A stretch of DNA of 32,000 nt, from assembly GCF_001457615.1 (NCBI RefSeq), contig NZ_LN831024.1:4350001-4382000 (forward strand). Direction: 5' to 3'. Below are positions 1 to 9,326 of the stretch, in pieces. Source of the stretch: Pseudomonas aeruginosa (GTDB taxonomy: Bacteria > Pseudomonadota > Gammaproteobacteria > Pseudomonadales > Pseudomonadaceae). A program made the position numbers and the translations under genes. Below the pieces are notes generated by a model that searched no databases, was not told the DNA's origin, and saw only the letters and a list, made by a program, of their open reading frames with translations. The stretch's first letter is position 1. Every line of letters begins with the position of its first letter.

Positions 1-72
1 GGAACTGGCGCCGGTGACCAGGATGCGCCTGCCCGACAGGCTGAAGGGATTGAAGGAAGTCTCGTCGTTCAC
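1..72 (-). CDS. Short-chain dehydrogenase / 3-oxoacyl-ACP reductase-like protein; only the N-terminal 24 codons are present and the gene runs off the window
   Basis: The reverse complement of 1-72 reads (GTG start) VNDETSFNPFSLSGRRILVTGASS, the beginning of the SDR Rossmann TGxxxGxG motif. It starts 25 nt after the KASIII stop, on the same strand. Confidence 0.5.
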   Translation of the reverse strand, partial: MNDETSFNPFSLSGRRILVTGASS

Positions 73-97
73 TTGGCTGATTCCGCGTTCAAGGCAC

Positions 98-1138
98 TCA
101 GGATTCGATCAGATCGGGGAACTTCGCCCCTTCGATATCCACCAGGCAGGTACCCCAGGACAGGCCGATACCGAAGCCGCAGAGCAACACGCGATTGCGG
201 CCGGCCTCGAGTTCCCGGTTGATCCGCGCGGTCATGGTCACCGGCAGCGAGGCGCCGCTGGTGTTGCCGAAGTCGCGCAGGGTCGAAGGCACCTTCTCTA
301 CCGGCAGGCCGAGCTTCTTGCGGATGGTCTCGTTGATCATCCGGTTGGCCTGGTGGAAAACGAAGTAGTCCACTTCGTCCTTGCTCGCACCGGCATAGTC
401 GAGCAGCTTTTCCACCGCCGGCGGTACGCGCTGGGTGGAGAAGCTGAGTACGGCGGTGCCGTCGAGCTGCAGGTCGATGGCACGGTGCCAATGGTCGTTC
501 TCGTCCTCGCGGAACGGCATCAGGTGCTGCACGCCGACCGGTTCGCGATGGCCGCCCACCGGCAGGATGATGGCCTTGTAGCCGCTGCCGTCGCTGTTCA
601 GGTCGAAGTGCATCGGCGGCGCGCCTTCGCAGAACTCCAGCGCCGTCGCGGTGCCCGCGTCGGAGAAGATCGGATCGTTGACACTGGCGCCGCGGTCGCC
701 GACCAGCACAAGGCCCTTCTTCACCCCGCCGGCGGCAATCAGCGAACCCAGCAGGTTGAGGGCGAACGGATAGGCCGAGCAACCCAGGTTGACGTCGAAG
801 GCCACGGTGGAATGCGGCAGCCCCAGGCGGTCCTGGAGGATGATCGCGGTAGCCGGCGCCAGGTAGTCGGGAGACTGGGTCACGACGATCAGCGCATCGA
901 CCTCCTCGCGCTTCCACTCCAGGCTTTCCAGCAGGCGCTCGGCGGCGTCGAAGGCCAGGTCGGAGAAGCACTGCCACTCCTGCGCCATGCGCCGCGTCTC
1001 GATGCCGATGTTGCGCACCAGGCGTTCGCGCTCGGCGCGCAACTGCGGCTTGCAGTCGGTCAGGTTGGAGATAACGCGCTTGGGGACGCAGGTCGCCATC
1101 CCGGCGAAACGGACGTTCTTCAGCGTGGAGGTGGCCAT
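98..1138 (-). CDS. 3-oxoacyl-ACP synthase III (FabH-like KASIII), flagellin glycosylation island
   Basis: 346-aa ORF with an ATG start. The KASIII catalytic triad contexts are visible: NLGCSAY (Cys), VFHQANRMI (His) and FGNTSGASLP (Asn). Its start lies 2 nt after the ACP stop. Confidence 0.9.
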   Translation of the reverse strand: MATSTLKNVRFAGMATCVPKRVISNLTDCKPQLRAERERLVRNIGIETRRMAQEWQCFSDLAFDAAERLLESLEWKREEVDALIVVTQSPDYLAPATAIILQDRLGLPHSTVAFDVNLGCSAYPFALNLLGSLIAAGGVKKGLVLVGDRGASVNDPIFSDAGTATALEFCEGAPPMHFDLNSDGSGYKAIILPVGGHREPVGVQHLMPFREDENDHWHRAIDLQLDGTAVLSFSTQRVPPAVEKLLDYAGASKDEVDYFVFHQANRMINETIRKKLGLPVEKVPSTLRDFGNTSGASLPVTMTARINRELEAGRNRVLLCGFGIGLSWGTCLVDIEGAKFPDLIES

Positions 1139-1140
1139 GG

Positions 1141-1365
1141 TCAGAGTCCAAGCATCTGGTAGAGGTCGCCCACCGTGCGAGCCTTGATCAGGTCTTCACC
1201 GGTGATGGTCTTGCCGTATTCCATGTCGAACATGACGATGACCCCGAGCGCGGCCAGCGAGTCCCATTCCGGCAGGTCTTCGAGCTGGGTGTCCATGCTG
1301 ACCTCGACGGGATTCTGGAAATCGGTGGCGGAAAGGAAGTCTTCGATGAATTTTGCTTGGCTCAT
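1141..1365 (-). CDS. Acyl carrier protein
   Basis: 74-aa acidic ORF with the phosphopantetheine-attachment context LPEWDSLAALGVI (DSL motif). It is tightly coupled to the downstream KASIII gene. Confidence 0.85.
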   Translation of the reverse strand: MSQAKFIEDFLSATDFQNPVEVSMDTQLEDLPEWDSLAALGVIVMFDMEYGKTITGEDLIKARTVGDLYQMLGL

Positions 1366-1419
1366 TTCTTGTCTACCTGAGTGAGGCGGTTGTTCATTCT
1401 GTTATCGGTCGCGACGGGC

Positions 1420-2556
1420 TCAACTTGATGCTCGCCGCCGCGGCATGGCGGCGGAAGCGATCAGGCCGGCGACGAACTCGACGTCTGCGGCGGCCAGCCC
1501 GGGATAGATCGGCAGGCACAGCACCCGCGAGGAAATCGACCGCGCCACCGGAAGATTGGCGGGCGCCGCCGAGGGCAGCGAATGGTACATGGGGAAGTCG
1601 CTGATGAGTGGGTAGAAGTAGCGCCGCACCAGCACATCCCTGTCGCGCAGGCGCTGGTACAGCTCGTCGCGCGAAAGCGGAAAATCGTCTTCCACCAGGA
1701 TCGGGAAATAGGCGTTGTTGGCGAAGGTCTGGGTACCAGGCCGGAGGCACTGGATGCCAGGGACGCCGGCCAGCAGGCGCCGATAGCGCTCGGCGATCTC
1801 CCTGCGCTGCTCCAGGGCCTGGTCGACGTGCTTGAGTTGCAGCAGCCCGAAGGCAGCGCCGACCTCGTTGAGCTTGCCGTTGATGCCGGGCATGACCACC
1901 GTGACCTCGTCGACGAAGCCGAAATTCTTAAGGTGGTTGAGGCGTTGCCGGGTGTTTTCGTCCGAGCAGATGATCGCACCGCCCTCGAAGGTGTTGAACA
2001 CCTTGGTGGCATGGAAGCTGAGGATGCTCAGGTCGCCGTGGCGCAGCACGCTGCCGCCGGCGTCGCGCACGGCGAAGGCATGCGCGGCATCGTAGATGAC
2101 CTTCAGGTGGTGGATATCGGCGATCCGCTGGATCGCCTCGACATCGCAGGGGTTGCCGTAGCAATGCACCGGCAGGATCGCGGTGGTCTGCGGGGTGATC
2201 GCCGCCTCGATCCGCGACGGGTCGAGATTCATGGAGTCCTGATCGATGTCCACGAAGATCGGCTTGAGCCCGTTCCACAGCAGCGCGTGGCTGGTGGCGA
2301 CGAAGGAGTACGGCGTGGTGATCACCTCGCCGGTCACCCGCAATGCCTGCAGCGCGGTGATGAGCGCCAGGGTGGCGTTGGCGAAGAGCACGATGTGCTT
2401 CACCCCCAGGTATTCGCACAGGGCCTCTTCCAACGCATGGTGCATGTCGCCCCCGTTGGTCAGGAAGCGGCTCTCCCAGATCTTTTCCAGGTAGGGGATG
2501 AACTCTTCCAGGGGCGGCAGCAGCGGGCTGGTGACCGGGATCGTCTTGTTGTTCAT
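1420..2556 (-). CDS. DegT/DnrJ/EryC1-family PLP sugar aminotransferase (VioA-like, dTDP-4-keto-6-deoxyhexose 4-aminotransferase type)
   Basis: The ORF track gives 1420-2820. I trimmed it to the ATG at 2556 (MNNKTIPVTSPLLPPLEEF...), giving 378 aa. The family PLP-lysine context SILSFHATKVFNTFEGGAI is present, and the N-terminus is typical of the family. Confidence 0.9.
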   Translation of the reverse strand: MNNKTIPVTSPLLPPLEEFIPYLEKIWESRFLTNGGDMHHALEEALCEYLGVKHIVLFANATLALITALQALRVTGEVITTPYSFVATSHALLWNGLKPIFVDIDQDSMNLDPSRIEAAITPQTTAILPVHCYGNPCDVEAIQRIADIHHLKVIYDAAHAFAVRDAGGSVLRHGDLSILSFHATKVFNTFEGGAIICSDENTRQRLNHLKNFGFVDEVTVVMPGINGKLNEVGAAFGLLQLKHVDQALEQRREIAERYRRLLAGVPGIQCLRPGTQTFANNAYFPILVEDDFPLSRDELYQRLRDRDVLVRRYFYPLISDFPMYHSLPSAAPANLPVARSISSRVLCLPIYPGLAAADVEFVAGLIASAAMPRRRASS

Positions 2557-2620
2557 GTAGGGCCCTGATGAATGGATACTCAGGCGAGTAAAGGGCGAAA
2601 AACCCGAGCACGCCACTCTA

Positions 2621-2637
2621 TGCAAGGCCCGTACCCA
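2621..2637 (-). promoter_or_regulatory. Candidate sigma54 (RpoN) promoter for the glycosylation-island genes
   Basis: The minus strand reads GGGTACGGGCCTTGCA. The GG-N10-GC spacing is correct. It matches the flgB promoter TGGCACGGGCCTTGCT in this window at 13 of 16 positions, and lies about 65 nt upstream of the ATG at 2556. Confidence 0.4.
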
Positions 2638-2794
2638 AAGAGCCTGATGCAGGTCAAAGCCCCTGGTCGCGCGGCCCCTGGCTGTTCCACAGGCGCTGCG
2701 GCGCGAATCGGCAGTCAAACTTCTGACAAATTCTCCCGTGTTTCCGTAGACCTTGCGGAACATACCCTCCAGCGACACAGGTCCAGTCCCTGCG

Positions 2795-2825
2795 AACGAA
2801 AAGGCCCATGACGGAGTCATGGGCC
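2795..2825 (-). terminator. Rho-independent terminator after flgL
   Basis: A perfect 10-bp stem, GGCCCATGAC / GTCATGGGCC (2803-2812 / 2816-2825), with a 3-nt loop. On the minus strand it is followed by TTTTCGTT and begins 20 nt after the flgL stop. Confidence 0.75.
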
Positions 2826-2844
2826 CTGTTTCACAGAGGGACTG

Positions 2845-4146
2845 TCACTTCAGGTAGTTGAACAGGCTCAACCCCTGGATCTTCACGTAGCTCTGCTGCG
2901 CGGCATCCATGATGGTGGACTGCAACGACAGCCGCGACAACGCCTCGGCGTAGTCCAGGTCCTGGATCTGCGACATCACCGACGCATTCACCAGCTTCAC
3001 ATCGTCGATGAAGGTCTCGGTGCTTTCCACGGTATTCAGGCGCGCGCCGATCTTGCCCTGGCCGCCATCCACGGCGGCAGCCACGGCGGAGAGGTTGGTC
3101 AGGGCCACCGCCGTCGCATCGCGGATGGCGTCGTTGCCGGCCTGGTTGTCGGTGGAGCTTTCCAGGGCCTTGCGCAGGTCCGACACCACGTTCAGCAGGC
3201 TGCGCTTCTCGCTGCCCGGCTTGTAGTTGACGTTGAACTCGTCGCCCGCCTTCGGCGTGCCGTCGATCGTCACGCTGACGCCGGCGTAGAGCACCTTGTC
3301 GATGGTCTTCGGGTCGTCGTCGATGGCGCCCTTGGACAATTGCCAGGCCGGCGGCGAATTCGGATCGTAGGTGGTCCAGTCATAGCCCGGAGGCAGGCTC
3401 TTCGGATCGTAGACCACATACTCCTTGTCGCTGACGAAGTGGATGTTGAAGCCGTCGGTTGCCGCAGGCGGATTGCTCGCCGGGAACTGGCTGTCGAAGG
3501 CCAGCTCGTCCTCGACCAGGCCGACCGAGATGCGACCGTCGCCGGTATTGCCAGCCGCCGCCTTGGTATCGAGACGAGCGGCATTGACGATGTCCTCGAA
3601 CAGTACCTTGCCGCTGTCGCTGACCGGAATCCGCGTGCTGCTGGCGATCTGCACCTCGCGCTGGCTCTCGTCGCCCATGTAGCTGTAGGTGCCGTCCTCG
3701 TTGCGCACGAACGGCTGCACCGAGCCCTGGGACCCGGAAAACAGGTATTTGCCACTCGCGTCGCGGCTGTTGAGCAGGTTCAGCAACTCGTCCTCGCGCT
3801 GGCGCAACTCGCTGGCCAGCGACTTCTTGTCGTTGGAGTCCAGTGCGCCGTCGCCGGCCTGGCCGGCGATCTCACGGATGCGCTGGAGGACGTTGCCAAC
3901 CGAACGGAGGATGGTTTCTTCCTGGCTCAGGCTGTTCTTCGCCTCGGTCATGCCGGTCTTGTACTGCTCGTTCAACCCCTGCTCCTGGTCCAGGCGCAAC
4001 AGGCGTACCGAACCGACCGGGTCGTCCGCCGGGGTCAGGATGCGCTTGCCGGTACTGATCTGCTCGAAGGTACGGTTCAGGTCCGCGTAGTTGCGGGAAA
4101 TCCCGTTGACCGAGTTGTTGAAGGCCTGGATGGTGGAAATGCGCAT
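2845..4146 (-). CDS. flgL: Flagellar hook-associated protein 3 (hook-filament junction), FlgL
   Basis: 433 aa. The N-terminus MRISTIQAFNNSVNGISRNYADLNRTFEQISTGKRILTPADDP is a flagellin-like N-terminal domain, and the C-terminus has a flagellin-like helix. It sits after flgK. Confidence 0.95.
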   Translation of the reverse strand: MRISTIQAFNNSVNGISRNYADLNRTFEQISTGKRILTPADDPVGSVRLLRLDQEQGLNEQYKTGMTEAKNSLSQEETILRSVGNVLQRIREIAGQAGDGALDSNDKKSLASELRQREDELLNLLNSRDASGKYLFSGSQGSVQPFVRNEDGTYSYMGDESQREVQIASSTRIPVSDSGKVLFEDIVNAARLDTKAAAGNTGDGRISVGLVEDELAFDSQFPASNPPAATDGFNIHFVSDKEYVVYDPKSLPPGYDWTTYDPNSPPAWQLSKGAIDDDPKTIDKVLYAGVSVTIDGTPKAGDEFNVNYKPGSEKRSLLNVVSDLRKALESSTDNQAGNDAIRDATAVALTNLSAVAAAVDGGQGKIGARLNTVESTETFIDDVKLVNASVMSQIQDLDYAEALSRLSLQSTIMDAAQQSYVKIQGLSLFNYLK

Positions 4147-4184
4147 GGTGGCGGTCTCGCTGGCTTAGGCCCCGTCGAGAGAAC

Positions 4185-6233
4185 TCAACGGAACGCTCCA
4201 ATCAGGGTATCGAACAAAGTGCGGGCAACTTGAATCACCTGGGCCGAGGCACCGTAATACTGCTGGAACTGGATCAGGTTGGCCGCCTCTTCGTCGAGGC
4301 TCACCCCGGACAACGAATCGCGGCTGTCCTGGGCCTGCTTCAGCACCGTGGCGCTGGCCTCGCTGCTGGCACGCACCTGGGCGGTCAGGGTGCCGACCCG
4401 CTCGACCAGGCCACCATAGGCCTCGTTGTAGGTGGAACCGGTGTTGTCGGTGCCGCCGACGGTCGGCTTGGTCTGCAGGGCCAGCAGGTTGAGAGCGTTG
4501 CGGTTGTCGGAAATGCCCTTGTCGTTGAAGCCCAGCTTGAAGCTGTCGGAGTTCTGCGGTACGCCGCTGAGCTCGAATTCGTAGCTGTATTTCTGCCCGC
4601 TCGGGTCGGTGAACGCCATGCGCACGGTATTGGTATTGCCGCTGGTCAGCGTCGGGCTGCCGGTCAGGGCGTTACCGTCCTTGTCGACGTAGCTCCAGCC
4701 GGCCGGCAACGGCGAGGACAGGGTATAGGTCTTGCCGTCGGCGCTGAGCGTCGCGCCCAGGCTGATCCCGTTGGGCCCGAACGCGCCCTGTAGCACCGCC
4801 GGGTCCACCGGCGACGGACCGCTGGTGAGGGTCGGCGCGCCGATCTTGCCGGTGCCGCGGTTTTCGGTGGTCGATTCGGTACGCGCGGTACCGGCGAACG
4901 CCAGTTGCGAGGCATTCTTCAGCGTCGCCTCGATATCCGCCGCGCCACGCCGGGTCGGCTGCAGGGTGAAGCGGTCGCCGGCAGCCGGGAGCTGGTCGAG
5001 GGTCAGGTTGAAGCCCTGGTCGACGCCGTTGGCATCCTTGAACGAGAGGGTGTAGGGACCGGTACCGCTGACCGTGACCTGCATGCTTGCGTCGTCGCCC
5101 AGGCGCCGCGCGGTGAAATTGGTGCCGTCGAAGTCCAGGCGGAAATCGCTGGAATTCAGCTTGCTGGTATCGGTGATGTTCAGGTTGGCGTGGACATTGC
5201 CGGTGTTGCCGTTCTTCGCCAGGACCCGCAGCGCGGTGATGTCCGGATCGTTGATGTCGCCGAACAGGTTGGCGCCGGCCTTGCCGGCCAGGTCGAGGCC
5301 CTGCCCCAACTGCTTGTTGATGGTATCGGCGAGGGTGATCGCCAACTGCCCGAGCTTGTTGTAGCTGCTGTCCAGGGCGCTGTTGCGGTAGGCCAGCAAG
5401 CCACCCATCTCGCCGCCGGACACCAGGCCGGTGACGTTCTGTATGGAGTTGCCGTTGCTCAGTTGCACCTGGTAGCGGGTCGGGTCATCCAGCCCGGGCA
5501 CCACGCTCAGGGTCGACACAGTATTGCCCACCACCAGCGGCTGGCCGCTACCGATGAACAGGCTGACGCTGTTGTCGTCCTGGGTGACCGCGGTCACCCC
5601 GATCATCTCGGACAGCTTGCGCACGGCTTCGTCGCGCGCATCCATCAGGTCGTTGGGCACCGCGCCCGCCGACTTGGCCTTGGCGATGGCATCGTTGTAG
5701 CTGGCCACGCTCTGCGACAGATGGTTGACCTGCGAAGCCAGCGCGCCCAGTTGCTGGTTGATCAGGCTGTTCTGCTTGTCCAACTGGTCGTAGAGGGTAT
5801 TGAAGGTCTTGCCCAGCCCCTCGGCCTGGGCAAGCACTGCCTCGCGCGCTTCGGTCGAGGAGGGATTGTTGGCGGCGGCCTGCAGTGCGGCGAAGAAGCG
5901 CTGCATGGCCGGGCTGACGCCGGTGGTGGTGTTGGACAACAGGCCGTCGAGCTGCTCGATCTGGCTACGGAATGCGCTCAACTCGCTGTTCTGGCTGGTG
6001 GCGTTGCGCAACTGGCCGGTGAGGAAGTCGCTGGCCAGGCGGCGCACGTCGACGATCTGGCTGCCCGAGCCCATGTAGCCGGCACCGCTGAACTGCGGGA
6101 CCTGGGTCTGCTGGATGGCATCCTGGCGACTGTAGCCCGGCGTCTTGACGTTGGTGATGTTGTGCCCGGTGATGGTCAGCCAGGTCTGGCTGGTGCCGAG
6201 GCCGGACAGGCCTATCGAGAGTAGGTCGGACAT
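4185..6233 (-). CDS. flgK: Flagellar hook-associated protein 1, FlgK
   Basis: 682 aa. It has the N-terminal flagellar basal-body rod/hook motif LSGLGTSQTWLTITGHNITNVKTPGYSRQD and the C-terminal motif VSLDEEAANLIQFQQYYGASAQ. Confidence 0.95.
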   Translation of the reverse strand: MSDLLSIGLSGLGTSQTWLTITGHNITNVKTPGYSRQDAIQQTQVPQFSGAGYMGSGSQIVDVRRLASDFLTGQLRNATSQNSELSAFRSQIEQLDGLLSNTTTGVSPAMQRFFAALQAAANNPSSTEAREAVLAQAEGLGKTFNTLYDQLDKQNSLINQQLGALASQVNHLSQSVASYNDAIAKAKSAGAVPNDLMDARDEAVRKLSEMIGVTAVTQDDNSVSLFIGSGQPLVVGNTVSTLSVVPGLDDPTRYQVQLSNGNSIQNVTGLVSGGEMGGLLAYRNSALDSSYNKLGQLAITLADTINKQLGQGLDLAGKAGANLFGDINDPDITALRVLAKNGNTGNVHANLNITDTSKLNSSDFRLDFDGTNFTARRLGDDASMQVTVSGTGPYTLSFKDANGVDQGFNLTLDQLPAAGDRFTLQPTRRGAADIEATLKNASQLAFAGTARTESTTENRGTGKIGAPTLTSGPSPVDPAVLQGAFGPNGISLGATLSADGKTYTLSSPLPAGWSYVDKDGNALTGSPTLTSGNTNTVRMAFTDPSGQKYSYEFELSGVPQNSDSFKLGFNDKGISDNRNALNLLALQTKPTVGGTDNTGSTYNEAYGGLVERVGTLTAQVRASSEASATVLKQAQDSRDSLSGVSLDEEAANLIQFQQYYGASAQVIQVARTLFDTLIGAFR

Positions 6234-6251
6234 GGGTCAGTTCCTCCTTGC

Positions 6252-7454
6252 TCAACCCAGAGGCGGCGTGCCGGCGGCGGCGACGGCCTGGTAGGTCTGC
6301 ATCTGTCTGGCGATCTGCGCCACCTTGCGGGCGTACTGCGGATCGGTGGCGTAGCCGGCGCGCTGCAGTTCCTGCATGAAGCGCTCGGGGTTGGCGGCGC
6401 TGTCCAGGGCGTTCTGGTAGCGGTCGTTGCCCTGGAGGAAGCTGACGTAGTCGTGGAAGCTCTGCTCGAACGACGAGTAGGAGCGGAACGCCGCGACTTC
6501 CTTGACCGCCTTGCCGCCTTCGTATTCGGTGGTGAGAGCGCGCGCCGAGGCACCATCCCAGCGGCTGCCGGTCTTGATGCCGAACAGGTTGTGGCTGCTG
6601 CCGCCATCCTGCTGGCGGATGATCGATTTGCCCCAGCCGGTCTCCAGCGCGGCCTGGGCCACCAGGTAGCGGGCATCGACGCCGATCCGCTCGGCGGCCT
6701 TCTGGGCCATCGGCAGCATGGTGGCGATGAACTCGTCGGCCGAGGCGAACATCGACTTGCCCCTGGCCAGCGGCGGCTGGGCGATGCGCCGGCTGCCCTG
6801 GCTGTCGACGCCATCGGTGGAGAAACCGCGGCGGCTCGCCGCCGGGTAGCTCTGCGCCGGCAGGTAGCTGTCCTGGCCCAGGCTCTGCATCTGGCTGGCG
6901 GCCGGCGAGGCGGAGGGAACGATGCCGGCGAGCATGCGCTCGGTCAGCTTGCCCGGCAGCGCCAGGCGCCTCTGGTTGAGCAGCTTCGAGTCGTCGCGGC
7001 CGGCTTCCGGCATCGGCAGGGCCTTGCCGGCCTGCGCGCTGGGGTTGCTCGGCCAGCGACCGGCGCCGTTCTCGGCGACCCGGGCGAACGGGTTTTCGCC
7101 GTTGCTCCTGGAGCCTTGCTTCATCTTCGACAACTGGCGCACCAGCACGTCGGCCAGGCCGATGCCGCCGGCATTCTTCGACAGGCTCACCGACAGTTGC
7201 TGGTCGTACATGTCCTGGTACTGCTTGGTGGTCTGGCTGTTCATGAAATTGCCGTCGCCCAGCGCTTCGTTGGCCGAACGCATGGATTTGAGCATCTCGT
7301 TGAGGAACAGCGATTCGAATTCCTGGGCGACCTTGCGGATGTTCGCCTCGCCGTCGCGGTCCTTGCCGACCTTGAGCTGGTTGAGGCGGTTGAGATCGGT
7401 ATAGGAGCCGCTGTCGGGGCCTGCGCCGATACCGCTGAGCAAACGGGAATCCAT
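6252..7454 (-). CDS. flgJ: Flagellar rod-assembly protein / peptidoglycan hydrolase FlgJ
   Basis: 400 aa. It has an N-terminal rod-binding region (AQEFESLFLNEMLKSMR), a low-complexity linker, and a C-terminal glucosaminidase-type domain (YLVAQAALETGWGKS...HNLFGIK). Confidence 0.95.
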   Translation of the reverse strand: MDSRLLSGIGAGPDSGSYTDLNRLNQLKVGKDRDGEANIRKVAQEFESLFLNEMLKSMRSANEALGDGNFMNSQTTKQYQDMYDQQLSVSLSKNAGGIGLADVLVRQLSKMKQGSRSNGENPFARVAENGAGRWPSNPSAQAGKALPMPEAGRDDSKLLNQRRLALPGKLTERMLAGIVPSASPAASQMQSLGQDSYLPAQSYPAASRRGFSTDGVDSQGSRRIAQPPLARGKSMFASADEFIATMLPMAQKAAERIGVDARYLVAQAALETGWGKSIIRQQDGGSSHNLFGIKTGSRWDGASARALTTEYEGGKAVKEVAAFRSYSSFEQSFHDYVSFLQGNDRYQNALDSAANPERFMQELQRAGYATDPQYARKVAQIARQMQTYQAVAAAGTPPLG

Positions 7455-7464
7455 GGCGTCGTCC

Positions 7465-8574
7465 TCAGATCACGATCAGGTCGGCCTGCAACGCGCCGGC
7501 CTGCTTCAGGGCTTCGAGGATCGCCATCAGGTCGCTCGGCGCGGCGCCGACCTGGTTCACCGCGCGGACGATGTCGTCCAGGGTGGTGCCGGGACCGAAC
7601 TTGAACATCGGCTTGGTCTCCTCCTCGGCGTTCACCCGCGAGCGCGGCACCACCGCAGTCTGGCCGTTGGAGAAGGCACCGGGCTGGCTGACGATCGGGT
7701 CCTCGGTGATGCTCACGGTCAGGCTGCCGTGGGTGACGGCGGCCGGCGATACCTTGACGTTCTGGCCGATGACGATGGTGCCGGTGCGCGAATTGATGAT
7801 GACCTTGGCCACCGCCTCGCCCGGCTGCACGTCGAGGTTCTCCAGGATCGACAGGTAGTCGACCCGCTGGTTCGGATCGAGCGGCGCGCTGACCCGCACC
7901 GAGCCGCCGTCCACCGCATGGGCGACGCCCGGACCGAGCAGTTCGTTGATGCGGTCGACGATGCGCTTGGCAGTGGTGAAGTCCGGGCGGTTGAGGTTCA
8001 GCGTCAGGCTGTTGCCCTGGTCGAAGCCGCTCGGCACCGCGCGCTCGACGGTGGCGCCGGCCGGGATACGTCCGGCGGACGGTACGTTGACGGTGATCTT
8101 CGAGCCGTCGCGGCCTTCGGCGTCGAAGCCGCCGACCACCAGGTTGCCCTGGGCGACCGCGTAGACCTGGCCGTCGATACCTTTCAGCGGAGTCATCAGC
8201 AGGCTGCCGCCGCGCAGGCTCTTGGCGTTGCCGATGGACGACACGGTGACGTCGATCGGCTGGCCCGGCTTGGCGAACGGGGGCAGGTCGGCATGCACCG
8301 ATACCGCGGCGACGTTCTTCAACTGCACGTTGCCGACGTTGGCCGGCACCTTGATGCCGAACTGCGCCAGCATGTTGTTGAAGGTCTGCAGGGTGAACGG
8401 CGTCTGCGTGGTCTGGTCGCCACTGCCGCTCAGGCCGACCACCAGGCCATAGCCGATCAACTGGTTGGTCCGCACGCCCTGGATGCTGGCGATATCCTTC
8501 AACCGCTCGGCCTGGGCCGCGCCGGCGGCCAGGAGCAGCGCGGCGAGGGCCAGCAGGTGCTTGAACTTGGTCAT
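7465..8574 (-). CDS. flgI: Flagellar P-ring protein FlgI
   Basis: The ORF track gives 7465-8787. I trimmed it to the ATG at 8574 ([33 protein letters not shown]), which gives a signal peptide and 369 aa. Confidence 0.95.
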
Positions 8575-8585
8575 CGCGAGCGTCC

Positions 8586-9281
8586 TCAGAACGGCCACAG
8601 CGGGCTGAGGAAGAAGCGGTCCAGCCAGCCCGGCTGACTGGCATCGGCGAAGGCGCCGGTGCCGGAATAGGTGATCCGGGCGTCGGCCACGCGGGTCGAG
8701 GACACGGTGTTGTCGGTGGCGATATCGTCGGCGCGGACCAGGCCGGCGATGCGCACCAGCTCGTTGCCGGTGTTCAGGGTCATCCACTTCTCGCCGCGCA
8801 CGGAGAGGATGCCGTTGGGCAGCACCTCGGCCACGGTCACGGTGATCGAGCCGGTCAGGCTGTTGCTCTGCCCCGCCTGGCTATCGCCCTTGGCGTCGCG
8901 CGAGCCGCCGTATTCGGCGCTGAGGCTGAGGTCGCCGCCGCCGATCGGGTTGTTGGTGGTCATGCCGCTGCCGAACAGCGAGGTCAGCCCCATCTTGGTC
9001 TTGCTGTCCTTCTGGATATCGGAGTTGGCTTTCTTGCTCGCCTGGGTCTTCTCGTTGAGGGTGATGGTGATGATGTCGCCCACGCGGAAGGCCTTGCGGT
9101 CGTCGTAGAGGTTCTGCTCGAAACCGGCCTGGTAGATCGCGCCGTTGTTCTGCGCGGCGGGCAGCGGGGTGCGCGGCAGCACCGGCGCGTAGTACGGATC
9201 GTTCGGCTTCGGCGGTGGATTGACGCAACCGCCCAGGGCGGTGGCGATGCCAAGCAGGGAGACGATCATCAGCCGGTTCAT
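8586..9281 (-). CDS. flgH: Flagellar L-ring lipoprotein FlgH
   Basis: 231 aa. It has a signal peptide with the lipobox ALGGC, and sits between flgG and flgI. Confidence 0.95.
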
Positions 9282-9326
9282 ATCAAGCTACCTCGCGGCG
9301 TACAGCCAGGGCCCGGTCAGGGCCCG

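Noticed and set aside
1141-1365. The ACP gene has slightly lower GC than its neighbours, considered as evidence of recent horizontal acquisition.
   Set aside because: This is only an impression by eye over 225 nt. It is too short and too weak to support a claim without a computed GC or codon-usage profile of the whole island.
1420-2820. N-terminal extensions suggested by the ORF track. This one adds 88 codons. Similar cases are 7465-8787, 10159-10932, 13714-14163, 25107-26477, 26488-26961, 27925-28590, 30583-31173 and 30927-31565.
   Set aside because: In each case an internal ATG with a Shine-Dalgarno gives the family-typical N-terminus (signal peptide, Rossmann motif, rod motif). The extensions run through terminators, promoters or the upstream gene.
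9306-9326. Direct repeat / hairpin CAGGGCCCG-GT-CAGGGCCCG in the flgG-flgH spacer.
   Set aside because: It is a short (6-bp GGGCCC) self-complementary element inside a polycistronic mRNA. It probably has only a minor structural effect, and there is no evidence for a separate feature.
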